The notes beneath the pieces are model-generated. The model worked only from the letters and a program-made list of their open reading frames with translations, did no database searches and was not told the DNA's origin. A DNA stretch of 64,000 nucleotides from an uncultured delta proteobacterium. GTDB taxonomy: Bacteria; Myxococcota_A; Polyangia; Fen-1088. The position numbers were made by a program, and so were the translations under genes. The stretch lies in NCBI GenBank assembly GCA_963796685.1, contig CAWCMR010000011.1, positions 192,001 to 256,000 of the forward strand, written 5' to 3'. Below are positions 30,410-42,617 of the stretch, in pieces (positions within the stretch are counted from its first letter, which is position 1; every line of letters begins with the position of its first letter).

Positions 30410-30910
30410 ATGACCACGCATGGAAGCGACATCGACCGGACCGCGGAATGGGAGTCGCTGAAGGCCCGGCACCTCCGGCCCCTGGGCGACCGGCCGGCTT
30501 CCTCGGCACGGGGTCTGCATCACTTCGCCGTGCTCTGCAGCGACGTCGAACGAACCATCGCGTTCTTCCAGGGCCTCCTCGAGTTTCCCCTGGTCGAACT
30601 GTTCGAGAACCGGGACTACCGGGGATCGACCCACTTCTTCTTCGATGTCGGCAACGGCAACTATCTGGCGTACTTCGACTTCCCCGGCCTCGAGCTGGGG
30701 GAATACCGTGAGGTGCTCGGGGGCCTCCATCACATCGCCATCTCCGTCAGTCCCGATCAGTGGGAGCGCCTCGTGGCGAAGCTCGAAGCGGCCGGCGTCG
30801 ACACGTTCATCGTGGACGGCACCTCGGTCTACTTCCGGGGCCCGATGGCGAACGTCTCGAGCTGCTCTCGTACCCCCTCAACGACATGTACGGGACAGTC
30901 GTCGGATGAT
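30410..30910 (+). CDS. VOC family protein, frameshift near 30840; end approximate
   Basis: GLHHFA, LHHIAI, SVYFRG; continues in another frame as PDGERLELL. Confidence 0.8.
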
Positions 30911-30970
30911 TCGGTCATAGCTTCGGAAGAGGCGGTTGCGAGCCTCTCCGGGCGATGCAAGAGTGCCGAC

Positions 30971-31701
30971 GTGCCGAAGAACTACTTCGACGGACCGATA
31001 GCAGCCGAGTATGACGCGACCTCGTCCGCCATGTTCGATCCGCGGTGTCGACGCAACGGTCGCCGTGCTGGCGGAGCTGGCCGGGACGGGAGCGGCGCTC
31101 GAGTTCGGCATCGGCACCGGCCGGATCGCGATCCCCTCAGCCGACGTGGCGTCCGCGTGCACGGGATCGATCTCTCGCCGCGCCATGGTGGCGCAGCTGC
31201 TGGCGAAACCTGGCGCCCACGAGATCGGCGTGACGATCGGCGACTTCGCCACCACCCGGGTGGCCGGCACCTTCACGCTCGCGTATCTCGTCTACAACAC
31301 GATCATGAACGTCACCTCACAAGCCGAACAGGTCGAGTGCTTCCACAACGTCGCGGCACATCTCGAACCGGGCGGTAACTTCGTGATCGAGGTCGGCGTC
31401 CCTGATCTCCGCCGCCTACCACCGGGCAGACCGTTCAAGCGTTCTGCGTCAGTCCGACCCACGTGGGTTTCGACGAATACACCGACATCGTCGCGCAGAT
31501 CGTTACTCCCATCACTACTGGTTCGTCGACGATGAACTCGCAGTGTTCTCCGCGCCGTTCCGCTACGTGTGGCCGTCGGAGCTCGACCTCATGGCGCGCA
31601 TGGCGGGACTGACGCTGCGTGACCGCTGGAGCGACTGGGACCGCGACCCGTTCACGGGCGAGAGTCACACCCACGTCTCGGTCTGGGAGAAGGGGGCGTA
31701 G
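30971..31701 (+). CDS. Class I SAM-dependent methyltransferase, multiply frameshifted
   Basis: LEFGIGTGRIA, VYNTIMN, FRYVWPSELDLMAR, HVSVWEK spread over several frames. Confidence 0.8.
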
Positions 31702-32378
31702 CACTCAAGGTGCCAATCCCAAGTTCGGAGACATCACCCACGGCGTAGCCGGAATTGGACCGGGTGAGGAGGTGGATCTCTTGACATGCTCGCTCGCCGG
31801 GTCCAAGGTTCAAAAATCGTCGCCGTCATGGGAGAGCCACCAACCAGTTCGATGGAGGAAATCATGAGTTCCACTGCCAGCTTGATCACGCTTCTTGCCT
31901 CCGTCGCATTCGGCCTGGTCGTGTTCGCCGTGATGGCCAGGCTCGGACCGCGAACGCCCTCTTGATGGGGCGCCCGAGGCGCCGATCTGGCCCATGGTGG
32001 GCGCCGGCGGGCGGCCTCCGAGGGCGCCGTGAGAGTTGGTTGCCCGAACCTGGGCCCGGCTCGGGGTCACCCAACCGATCCCGACCCCATGCCGAGTTCC
32101 CTGGCGAGAGGGGTGTGTGAGGTCTCCGTCCGATGACGGGGGTCCATGGGACTGCGGGGGCGAATCCGTCAATTTCTGTCGATGCTGGTTCGGGGGGCCG
32201 AAGTTACGTTGGGTTGAAGAGGCGCCCGTCGTTCGGCACGGGCCCGTTCGGACACGTTGCCATCGATGCGCAAAGCCATGGATCGACCTCCCGGCCGGGC
32301 CAGGACGGGCCAGGCGTGGATATACCGCGCCGCAGCTGGCGGAGGGCGACCACCAGGGTAGGGAGTCGAAGGACCGGG

Positions 32379-33543
32379 GTGCCGGTGGCCCTGGTCGTCT
32401 TGGTGGCGTTGTTCACCGGGACGGTCCGGGCGAACGGCGCCGAGCCACTGTCTCAGTCCCAGGCTCCGGGCACCTTGATCAGCGACCAACCTGTGACAGC
32501 TCCCGGCGTCGACGGGAAGGCCTACCTTGTCAGCTATTGGTCTCAGTCCGAACAAGGCTCGGCCGTCGATGTGACGGGCATGGTGTTCGTGCCTTTCGGA
32601 TCGCCTCCAGACAGAGGCTGGCCCGTCGTGAGCTACGGACACCCCACCGACGGCATGGCATCGTCGTGTGCTCCGTCGCTTGACCCGTCGACCGACGTAC
32701 CGAACGTCAACGACATGCTCGAGCGGGCTGGGAGGTCGTCGCCTCGGACTATCAGGGAGAGACCAATCAAGCGATTGCATCCGCAGGCGGTCTGCAGCCG
32801 CACGGGGTGAACATCCCCACGGCGCGCAACATCGTTGACATCGTGCGGGCCGCATCCAGTTTCCAGAACCCACGCCAGCACTCAGTATGTGGTCTGGGGT
32901 TACTCACAGGGGAGCTGGGGCGGCAACCGTTGTCGCCAGTATGGCCGCCACGTACGCTCCGCAGTTGAATCTGGAAGGTGTGGTGGCCACGGCGCCGCCG
33001 TCCGGTCTCGTCGAAGACTTCTTCGGGTCGCCGACCGACGCTGCCTCGCCTTTCACGCTGATGTACGTAGCCGGTTACAACGCCGCCTACGGGAGCGCCG
33101 TCGTCCCCCTCGACCTGACACCTCTCGGCATGCGCTTCTACAACGATCTCAGCTACGACTGCTATGACACGCTCGCGTCGGAGATCAGCCAGTACCAGGT
33201 CGATCAGGTCTTCACCACGACGACTCCCACGCTCTTCTTCGCCATCCTCCTCGCCACCAATGACCCCTGGTTCATCCCCCAGGCGACCAACACCCCGGTG
33301 CTCCTCGTCCAAGGATCAGCGGACACGACCGATACGCCCCTCGACACATGGTTTGTCGACGCACACCTGTGTGCCGTCGGCCAGGACACGACGATGTGGG
33401 AATACCCGGGCTCGACCACAACGACATCGTCGGCTCGTCGATGGGAGACGTCGAACATTGGATCGCCGATCGATTCGCCGGCGCCGGCAACCCCGACCCT
33501 TCACCGCCCGACGGGAGTCGGGCATACAACAATCGGCGTGTAA
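32379..33543 (+). CDS. Secretory lipase (LIP)-like alpha/beta hydrolase, frameshifted; ends approximate
   Basis: Signal peptide, GHPTDG..CAPS, nucleophile WGYSQG, VQGSADT, GLDH. Confidence 0.75.
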
Positions 33544-34063
33544 CTGACGCTCGAAGGCGAAGCTCCCCTGGGCGAGCGCGGGCTTCGGTGCCGCCGGTGG
33601 GCAGCGAACCCGGGGATACGAACCGGTAGCTGCACGGGAGCGGAGGAGAGGTCCCGACTTCGCGATCTGGCAGAGCGCATTCCGGACCCCATCCGAACCG
33701 GAATTCGCCCTCGTCCGAGACAGGACCGCGGCGCCAGAACCAATCTTCGTTGACCTGCTCTACGGCGATCACCAGGGGAGACAGCGCATCATCAGCCGGT
33801 TCTCCTGCTCCCCCGAAGCGAGGGCGGATGGATCGCAACGGTGTCGAGGCATCGGAACGTCGACCGCCCCGACCCTCGCTGACGGTAGGGCGCGCTCGGC
33901 CCTCTCAAGGGTCCCCAGGATCGTTGATATCCCCAGTCGCGACGTGCGCCAGCACAGCGTCACGGATCTCGGCGCGGCAACCGGAACTGACGCTGCGGCA
34001 GACGCACGACGGCGCGATACTGGTTTCAGATCGCTTCAGCACCATCGGCTAGGAGGTCCGGCC

Positions 34064-34363
34064 ATGGCAGTCGGTGTGCAGATTGATTACCGGGACGTTT
34101 CGCTCGAACAGTACGACGAGGTCGTAGAGATCATGGGCCTTCTCCCCGGTGGCCCCCCACCTTCGGGAGTCATCTTCCATTGCGTGACCAAGACCGATGA
34201 CGGCATTCGCATTATCGACGTGTGGGAATCGCGCGAGGCCCTCGTGGCATTCCAAGAGGAAGAGATTGCTCCCATCTTCCAAAAGATCGGTGTGTCGGAT
34301 CCGCCCGAGACCACCTTCTTCCCGGTGCACAATTATTTCGTGACAAGGAAGAGCGGCCCCTGA
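34064..34363 (+). CDS. Small hypothetical protein (dimeric alpha-beta barrel-like)
   Basis: RBS aggagg; LEQYDEV...HCV...IIDVWESRE...PVHN. Confidence 0.75.
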   Translation: MAVGVQIDYRDVSLEQYDEVVEIMGLLPGGPPPSGVIFHCVTKTDDGIRIIDVWESREALVAFQEEEIAPIFQKIGVSDPPETTFFPVHNYFVTRKSGP

Positions 34364-34667
34364 TCGCAGTCGGGGTGGGGGCTGCTCAGATCGTCCGATC
34401 CCCTGGTCCGAGGTGTCCCGCACGAGGCGGGACCCCCCCCGAAGGTGCGACCGTTCCCTCGCTGGTGCCGCTCGGTGCCGGGCCGATGCCCGCCCGGGCC
34501 CTTCGTGGTGGACCCCGCTTTGGGGCACGGGAGCCGAAGAGCTTCTCGTAGCGCCGCCGTCGCCGGCGGGCCCTGCTCACCGTTTCCTATCACGGCGTGA
34601 CAACCGGATCACGTCTCGGGCCGATCTTCGTACCGATGCCTTGGGGCACGGAACGGGGAGGCGAATC

Positions 34668-35100
34668 ATGACAGGGCCGATCGAACGGATGCGGGCACGA
34701 TGGAGTGTGACCAATCCCGCCACGCGGTTGTGGTGGTGGGCAGTAGCTGCCTTCTGTCTGGCGGGCATGCTGCTCATCGGTGGTGTGTGGCCGTCGCCAG
34801 CTCCATTTGTCCGAACGTCGAAGGCGTCACGGTGATATCGAACGGGACAGTCATGACACCGGTGCCCTCAACGCCACCCACCCCGGCCCAGCAGGCAGCC
34901 ACCAACGAGCTTGTGGCCGCGGTCGACGAGGGTGTGGAGCAGTACTCGAACGTCGCGGTCGCCGAGGCCGACGGGTACCAGCCGACCTCGGCCTCGGCGT
35001 GGTCCTATGACCCACTACCTCGACCGCTCGGTGATCGAGGACGGCGACGTGCTCGACCCTTCACAGCCATCCGCGCCGATGTCCGCCAACACTGGCAATC
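34668..35100 (+). pseudogene. Fragmented exported hypothetical protein
   Basis: TM segment, then PTPAQQAATNELV...AEADGY and HYLD...DGDVLDPSQP in three frames, stopping abruptly. Confidence 0.5.
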
Positions 35101-35131
35101 GTTTCCTACGTGCCGCTCACAAACGGGACCC

Positions 35132-35965
35132 TCATCGCGCTCGGGCAGTAGGCGGTCGCGGGTCCGGCTCGAGAACCCGTTGTGGGCCAGGCATCGATAA
35201 CGCCCGCTCCTGGTATTGCTCGGAAGCAGGCTCGTCGTCCGTGGCACCGAGCGCGACCGATCGTACGACAACCAACGTAGCTACGGCCATGGTGATCGCA
35301 ACCCGCTCGGTCAGGCCGCGCACGGCGGTCGGGCTCATCTCGAAGCCCACTATCGCGAGGAGCTGGGCAGCGGCAAGGACCTGAACCCGTCGTGCCTGCG
35401 CCGCTGTCCGGAATCGTTGACCGAGAGCACCACCGAGGAGAAAGCTGGCGGCGGGCAACGTGAGGCAGACGATCAACATGCCGATGCCGTGCACCCTGCC
35501 GTCTGAGGTCTCGAGAACGTGAGGATGATCGGTGTTGTACCCGGCATCGAGAAACAAACCGACCGCCGTGCAGCCGAGCAGGAGGAGCGAGAAACGCCAC
35601 AGCCGGGATATCCTGAATCGGAGGAACAGGCTCGTAGCTGTGCTCAGGACCGCAATCCCCAGAGCGGCAAACGCGACACGCATCAGCCAGCCGTCCCTGC
35701 CGAGCGAGTATTCGCTGATGGTGTGCTCTGCAGGGTTCAAGTTCCCTCGAAGACCGTGCAAGGCCAAGACGACGGCGACGAACAGTGCAAGCCCGGCGCC
35801 ACCGAGCAGGTGGATCCGTCTGTTCCAGTCGGATCTTCCGGAAAGATGGGAGTCCTTCGCGTGGTGTGACGCGTCGGCCGCCACGTCGGGAAAGCGCGCG
35901 TGCTCGCTGTTGATTGTCCGCCCGAAGACAGAGAGCGGGCGCTCCTGGTGCTCGGAGAGTGCCAC
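35132..35965 (-). CDS. DUF998-family membrane protein
   Basis: LHGLR...TISEYSLG, TD, GRVH, GLTER motifs; multiple TMs. Confidence 0.8.
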   Translation of the reverse strand: MALSEHQERPLSVFGRTINSEHARFPDVAADASHHAKDSHLSGRSDWNRRIHLLGGAGLALFVAVVLALHGLRGNLNPAEHTISEYSLGRDGWLMRVAFAALGIAVLSTATSLFLRFRISRLWRFSLLLLGCTAVGLFLDAGYNTDHPHVLETSDGRVHGIGMLIVCLTLPAASFLLGGALGQRFRTAAQARRVQVLAAAQLLAIVGFEMSPTAVRGLTERVAITMAVATLVVVRSVALGATDDEPASEQYQERALSMPGPQRVLEPDPRPPTARAR

Positions 35966-36168
35966 GCCTCCTCCCGATGACCCGTGGCTTCAGCCGACCC
36001 CGGTCATTGTCGCGCGATGGTCAAGGCCACGCCAGGGCTTTTGTCCGGCATTCTCGGACGTTGGAGGGCCAGCGGCCTCGAGGGCGGCGCGGGCGCGGGT
36101 TCCCGAGGGGAGCTGATTCGGGCCGGCTGGTCGGCATTCGCGTCGCGACCGGCGCGAGGATCTCTGGA

Positions 36169-36560
36169 GTGTTGATCCGCATCGAAGCTTCAGAACTGAG
36201 CGGTCGTAGGTGCGGGCCAGGACCGGACTTTCCGGATGGTCACGAGAACGTCCACGTTGCCATTCAGGACCGCAACGGCCAGCGGGACCTCTTCGGCTCG
36301 GCGCCGGCCGATGTGGAGTCTGCGGTTTGGGAGTTGGGTTGCGCCGAGGTTCATCTACATGACCTGGGATGCCGTCGACGCCGGGGGCGGCTTCTCGATG
36401 TTTCGTCAGGCCAAGCTCTGGCTCGATACCGCTCCGCTGATGTGATGGAGACTGCCGGTGACCTGGGCTTCCTGATCGGACGCCTTGGACGTTCAGACGA
36501 GCAGGGCTGGCCTCTCCGTGCTTTGGTCCGGCCTCCGACGCATCGAATGGTGGGCACGCT
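36169..36560 (+). pseudogene. DUF5990-like protein with internal deletion/frameshifts
   Basis: LIRIEASELSGRRCGP...NVHVAIQ; RFIYMTW...MFRQAKL; GRLGRSDEQGWPL in different frames. Confidence 0.6.
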
Positions 36561-36633
36561 CCGCGTCGTAGGCGTCGTAGGCGTCGAACCGGCAACTGCG
36601 GGACATCGCCGTCAGGCCGATGATCAGGAACCG

Positions 36634-37146
36634 CTACGCGTCACGTGGTGCCGTCCGGTCGTCGAGATGGAGCTGGAGCAGGACGAGGTCCAACCACCGA
36701 CCGAACTTGGCGCCGATCTCAGGCATCCGGGCCACCTCGACGAAGCCCAGTGGTTGGTGGAACCGAATGGACGTCTCGTTCGTACCGTCGATGGCGGCGA
36801 CCATCGTGTGCTTGCCGCTTTGCCGCGCTTTGTTGATGAGAGCTCCCATGAGGCTTCCACCGATACCCGTGGTCCACCGGTCCTCTCGCACGTGGATCGT
36901 GTTCTCGACGGTGAACCGGTAGCCGGGTCGCTTCACGACGTCGCGGAACCACCCGTACGCGGCGACACCGAGGACCTCGCCTTGCTCGTCGGCCACCAGG
37001 ACCACCTCGTGTTGATCCAACCACTCCAAGATGCTGGCCGGCGTCTGCGGTCTCTCGGTCCACTCGATTGTCGTCGTGGCCAGGTGCGCGTTCAGGAGTG
37101 CCGCAATCGCAACGGCATCGGTGGGGGCGGCAGGCCTGATGATCAC
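36634..37146 (-). CDS. GNAT N-acetyltransferase (phosphinothricin acetyltransferase/MnaT-like)
   Basis: YRFTVENTIHV, GIG, NETSIRFH, GAKFGRWLDL. Confidence 0.9.
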   Translation of the reverse strand: MIIRPAAPTDAVAIAALLNAHLATTTIEWTERPQTPASILEWLDQHEVVLVADEQGEVLGVAAYGWFRDVVKRPGYRFTVENTIHVREDRWTTGIGGSLMGALINKARQSGKHTMVAAIDGTNETSIRFHQPLGFVEVARMPEIGAKFGRWLDLVLLQLHLDDRTAPRDA

Positions 37147-37290
37147 CCCAGGATTTTCGCAGAACGCGTCTGGCTCCGAGCAACCGACCCCGCACCCCAT
37201 CGCCGGCAGGCAAGGGTTTGCCAATAGGAGCACCTGAGGTCACCGGTCGGAGTGGCAACTGGAGTCGGACCTGGCTCGTATTCTCTGGAG

Positions 37291-37704
37291 ATGGATTGGA
37301 CCATCCGACCGGGTCGAATCTCAGATGTCGAGTTCGTACTCCGGCTCTGGGTGGAGGGCCAGGCCGAGCCCGGTCATACCGACGACGCCGACAGTCTCAG
37401 GCGACTCATCTCCCATGACCCTTCAGCACTGATCCTTGCCGAAGACGACGGCCGCCTCGTCGGCTCGGTGATTGCCGTGTGGGACGGGTGGAGGGGGTCG
37501 ATCTACCGGTTGGTCGTCGCTCCCTCCTACCGCCGCCACGGACTGGCGGGCTGCTTGCTCAACGAGGCGGAAGCCCAGCTACAGGCGGCGGGGGCTGTCC
37601 GCCTGCAGGCAATCGTCGTGGAGACCCAGTCGATGGCGGCGGGCTTTTGGCACGCCAGCGATTGGGAAGAACAGAGTCATCGACTCCGCTTTGTGAAGGG
37701 TTGA
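37291..37704 (+). CDS. GNAT N-acetyltransferase
   Basis: WDGWRGSIYRLVVAPSYRRHGLA. Confidence 0.88.
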   Translation: MDWTIRPGRISDVEFVLRLWVEGQAEPGHTDDADSLRRLISHDPSALILAEDDGRLVGSVIAVWDGWRGSIYRLVVAPSYRRHGLAGCLLNEAEAQLQAAGAVRLQAIVVETQSMAAGFWHASDWEEQSHRLRFVKG

Positions 37705-37738
37705 TCCTGCCCGGTGTCACGTGCGTGTCTGGGCCCGT

Positions 37739-38810
37739 TCAGCCCAAGCGCATCGCCCAAGCTGCGATGGCGGTACGGGCACCTCGAGCAAGGCCGAGTG
37801 TGATCTCCCGTGCTGGCAGGGATTCGGCCAGGCTGTGCGTTTCGCCCGCCCAGAGGTTGATCAGATCCGGGTCGCCGACAGCGCGACCGTGGGCGCGAAG
37901 CGGCGCCGTGAGATGGTTGACCTCGGGATAGGCCCGGGGCGCATCCTTGCCGTACTCGTTGTGAAGCCGGTTGGAGATGCCGCGGGCCAGGCGCCCGCTG
38001 AAGGCGCGCGTGAGCACGGTCGGTGCGTCGGTCGCGGTGGCGACGCGTTGTGCGTCCGAGGTTCCGGCCTCGGGAGCTCGCAAGTAGGCGGTGCCGATCT
38101 GTGCGGCGCCGGCGCCCGCCACGAGCACGGCCGCGAGTGCGGACCCGGTCATGATCGAGCCGGCCGCGATCAGCGGCAGGTCCACCGCGGCCCGAACGAG
38201 CTGGAGAGCCGCAAGCAAGGTGAATTGCGATTGTGAAGTCGTCGTCGACGAACACGCCACGGTGCCCGCCGGCTTCGACGCCCTGAACGATCAGCGCGTC
38301 GGCTCCGGCCGCGGAAGCTTGGCGGGCCTCGTGCGGTGAGGTAACCGTCAGCCACACCTCCGATCCGGCCGCTCGAAGCTGTTCGATCGCCCGGTTCGGC
38401 GGTATGCCGAACGTGAACGACACAACCGCCACCGGTGCTCGCTGCAAGATCTCGATCTTTGCGTCGAACCAGTCGTCGTCGAAGCGCGGTGGCGCGAGTT
38501 CCACTCCGACATGCTGGGCCTCGACCCGCAGCTGGTCTGCGTACGCCTGCACCGCTTTTGGATCCGCGGGTTTGTCACCACCGACGAAGACGTTGACGCC
38601 GAAGCGGTCGATTTGGGCCCGGGTGGTGGCGATGTCTTGTTGCATGCGCTCGGGTGTGAGGTAGCCGGCGGCCAGGAATCCGAGGCCCCCGGCTCTGCTC
38701 ACCGCCACGGCCAGCGCCGGAGTGGATGGTCCGCCCGCCATAGGCGCTTGGATAATCGGCACGGCCAGGCTTTCGAGGACGCGGCTCGTGTTGGGAGGGC
38801 TTTGGGTCAT
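37739..38810 (-). CDS. Nitronate monooxygenase family flavoprotein, frameshift near 38230
   Basis: PIIQAPMAGG, QGVEAGGHRG, AQIGTAYL, TRAFSGRLARG, LWAGE. Confidence 0.9.
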
Positions 38811-38820
38811 CTCAGCCGTT

Positions 38821-39523
38821 CTAGCGTCTCCGATACAGGCGAATGACGTCGCTGGTCACATCGAGCCGGGGTCTCCAGGTCTGCGCCTGTGCTCGTAGCC
38901 GGTGAGTGTTCGGGGCCCGCGCTGACCCGTACAGACCGCGCTGGGTCAGTTCCAGCGTGGCGCTCGTGGTTGGCCGTGCCGCCGGTACCGGCGAGGGCCG
39001 AACCAAGGCGACCAGTACCAGGCAGCGAAAAGACCAAGGCCGACGACGCCGACGATGAACACCAGCAAGGCAAGGGGAATGAAATTCGACGCCCGCGACA
39101 TGCGTGCCCACGATCGGCAGGCCTAGGGAACGGGGGGTCAAGAGCCGCCGGATCGGCCCGGTCCGGCGACGACCCGTCGGGTCGCGAAAGCAATGGAGCT
39201 GCTGCTTCGACCGCTCACCAGTGCCAATCCGGCGCCGAGAGTCAGCAGGGCCAAGACGACCCCGAGGACGATGGCAATAGGTGCGCTGCCCAGAGAAGGA
39301 CGGTCGGGGCGGAGGAACTCGTCACACCCCGAGCCGCCGCCCACGAGGCTGCGAAGCGCCGAGGATCGAACGCGCTGTTCCCGAGCACGTCTTCGGGCGA
39401 CCCTCCCTCGGCCTCTGCTTCCTCGAGATCGGCGGTGAGGTCGGCGGCCATCTCGTTGGCGACGGGATCCGGGACACCGAGTCGCCGCCACTCCCGGCGG
39501 CACTCATCGACGAACTCATTCAC
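38821..39523 (-). CDS. PadR-associated membrane protein, frameshifted
   Basis: MNEFVDECRREWRRLGVPDPVANEMAADL, followed by two TM segments in other frames; GTGA overlap with padR. Confidence 0.65.
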
Positions 39524-39874
39524 GGCATTACCTCCGCTTTGACCAGACCGAGAGCACCATCGACGGCGTCACGGGCCGCCTGCCATTCGCCGACACCGGC
39601 CTCGAGCGCCCGCTCACCTTCGGCCGAGAGGCTGTAGTACTTGCGCGGCGGGCCCGCCGTTGCTCGCCGCCCGGTGGGTCTCGACCAGGCCATCGCGCTC
39701 CAGCCGCCCGAGGAGCGGGTAGATCGACCCCTCCCCGACGATGGAGAGGCCGCGCGCCCGGAGCCGCTTGGTCATCTCGTAGCCGTAGGCGGGCCCGTCT
39801 CCCATGACCGCCAGCAGGCAGAGGTCGAGGACGCCCCGAAGGAGCTGGCTCCGGCGCCCCTCTGCATTTCCCAT
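39520..39874 (-). CDS. PadR family transcriptional regulator, frameshift near 39650
   Basis: LLRGVLDLCLL, YGYEM, EGSIYPLLGRLE, then RKYYSL in another frame. Confidence 0.88.
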
Positions 39875-39956
39875 GCACCACAAGATACCGTTTGCTATTG
39901 TGCACTGCAAGGCACCCGGCCACCGAAGGGTATCGTCAAAGGAGATTGACCAGCGG

Positions 39957-40937
39957 ATGACAACCACCACGCTGCCCAATCCCTCCCATGACCAGGCCGG
40001 TGATGGCCACTGGGCCGTCGAGACCCATGGGCTGACCAAGCGCTTCGGCGACACCGTCGCCGTCAACGGCGTCGAGCTCCTCGTCCCCCGGGGGTGCGCC
40101 TTCGGCTACCTCGGGCCCCAACGGGGCGGGCAAGACCACGCTCATCCGGGTCCTGCTGGGCCTGACCCACGCCGACGCCGGCACGATGTCGCTGCTCGGC
40201 TACCCCGTGCCCAAGCAACGCGCCGCCGCGCTGGCGCGGGTCGGGGCCATCGTCGACGAGCCCCGCTTCCACGGCCATCTGACCGGGCGGCAGAACCTCC
40301 AGCTCCTCGCGGCGGCGCGAGAGCCCGCCGCGCGGGGCGCGCATCGGCCCGTCCCTCGAGCGGGTCGGCATCCTCCATCGCGCCGACGACCGGGTGGCGA
40401 AGTACTCCATGGGCATGCGCCAGCGCCTCGGGGTGGCCGCCTGCCTGATCGGGGACCCCCAGCTCCTGATCCTCGACGAGCCCATGAACGGGCTCGACCC
40501 CGCCGGCATGCACGAGATGCGCGACATGATCCTGTCGCTCGTGGCCGAGGGCCGCACCGTGGTGCTGTCGTCGCACCTCCTCGACGAGGTCGAGCGCACC
40601 TGCGACGCCGTGGCCATCGTGGACCGGGGCAACGTCATCCGCCAGGGGCCGATCTCCGAGCTGCTGGCGGGGACCTCGGTGGTGCTCCAGGTCGAGTGCT
40701 CCGAGCCCGACCGGGCCCGAGCCCTGCTCGACGGCACCGCCCTCGGGGGCGACATCGAGCTCGGGCAGCTGGGACTGGGGATCACCCTGCCGGCGGGGAC
40801 GCCGACGAGACGTCATCGCCGAGATCAACCGGGTGCTCGTCGAGGGGGGCATCTCGGTGTACCGGCTCCAGCAGATCCAGGCCTCGCTCGAATCGTGGTT
40901 CTTGCAGGTCACGAGCCGACTGGGGGCCGCCGAATGA
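39957..40937 (+). CDS. ABC transporter ATP-binding protein, frameshifted
   Basis: Walker A split across frames (GYLGP / GAGKTT), YSMGMRQR, LILDEPMNGLD, SSH. Confidence 0.88.
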
Positions 40938-42130
40938 CGACGATGTCGCCCGCCCGCGCCCCGCACCGCCTCGCCCCGGGGCACCGGGCGCCGACCACCG
41001 GGGATCGTGGGTCCCGACCGCTGGCCATGATCACCACCCGGTTCATGGAGCTGCGCAAGCGGCGGGGACTGATGATCGCCCTCATGCTCGTCACCATCGG
41101 CATCCCCACCGTCTTCTTCTCATCCGGCTGCTGCTCCACGCCATCGCGCCCAACTCCTACGGACCCGCCGGCGGCTACGACATCTACACCGGGCTCGTGG
41201 CCGGGGTGCTCTACGTCTTCGGCTTCATCGTGGCCGCCACGCTCGGGGCGACGGCGGGATCGATCGACCTCACCGAGGGCATGTTCCGCCACCTGGTGGT
41301 GACCGGCCGCTCCCGGTTGGCGCTGTACCTGGCCCGCATCCCCGCCGGCCTGGGCATCATCGTGCCGCTGGTGGCCATCGGCTTCACCATCGTGTGCGCG
41401 GTGTGCGTGTTCGCGGCGCCCACCCAGCTCAACTTCCAAGGCGTCAACGTCCCCACCGGCCTGTCCCAGGCCGGCCTCGAGAACTGGGCCGCCGGGCACA
41501 GCACACCAGGTCATCTGCGACTTCAACTTCAGAATCGGGCCGAACTCACCGATCGCGCCGGTCGCCAACGCCGTCCCGTGCGGCCAACGGCCCGGGCGGC
41601 CCGGTCAAGATCGGTCCTCCGGGCGCCCAGGGTCACACCGCAACCCACCCAGGCCCAGATCAGGCAGGCCGCTCGCCTCATCGCGCAGCATGGACTACTC
41701 CGACTACGCCCGGGTGTTCCTGTACCCGTCGGACTCACTGATGATCAAGAGCGGGCTGTGGCTCGAGCTCGAAGCGGTCATCGGGTTCGTCGTCGGCCTG
41801 GGGCTCGGATCGCTCATCGGCCAGCGAACCGTCGCGGTGATCCTGATGATCGTCCTCGAGATCGTCCTGACGCCGATCTTCTCTCGGGCGCACATCCCCC
41901 ATCTGATCAACCTCCAGCGCGCCGTGGTCGGTCTGGCCACAGCCCACCTGGCGCCGGGCGGGTCTCCCCGTCCTCGGCGGGGGCGGAGGGGGCCCAGGGG
42001 GAGGAGCCGGGAATCCCGGCATTGGTGCCGGAGTCGACCACCGTAGCCGTCTGCGTGATCGTCGCCTGGCTGGTCGGCTGGACCGTGCTCGGGGCGTGGC
42101 GCATGATCAGAACGGGACGCCTGAGAAACG
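40934..42130 (+). CDS. ABC transporter permease, frameshifted; end approximate
   Basis: ELRKRRGLM, DLTEGMFRHLVVTGRSR, multiple TMs, final GAWRM. Confidence 0.75.
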
Positions 42131-42380
42131 CTCACGAGCGACCCGGACAGTGGATCCGGCGTGTGAGGATTGCGTTCGTCCCACAGCTCGAGCGCCCGGG
42201 CCAGGGACTCAGGCAGCACAGGAGCACCACCTGGACGAGATCGAGCCATACCTGTACGCCGGCGATACCGCCATGCACATCGCCGGCGCCCGGCTACTGC
42301 CGGTTTCGTGTGGTGCTGACACCCCCTGGAGAACCCCTGCCCGGGGGTCTCGACATGGTCCGAACTGGAGTCGATCCTGA

Positions 42381-42617
42381 TCAGCCTTCGGGAAACGCAG
42401 CAAAGTCACGCTTGGCCTTCTTGTACCACCCCATTCCCTTGATGGGATTCTTCCAACGGCCCTTCATCTCCTTCAAAGCCTTTTCGTGCGTCGTGTCACC
42501 CTTGGCGACCATTTCCTTGAGATGGCGATCTTGCGCCTTGATGACCTCGTCTGCGGTCATGCCATGGTGCTTCAGATCGCACGGGCCACCCAATTGTTCA
42601 CACGTCATCGTCTTCAT
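42381..42617 (-). CDS. DUF1059-like small metal-binding protein
   Basis: MKTMTCEQLGGPCD...H; ATGA overlap with the upstream sigma gene. Confidence 0.8.
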   Translation of the reverse strand: MKTMTCEQLGGPCDLKHHGMTADEVIKAQDRHLKEMVAKGDTTHEKALKEMKGRWKNPIKGMGWYKKAKRDFAAFPEG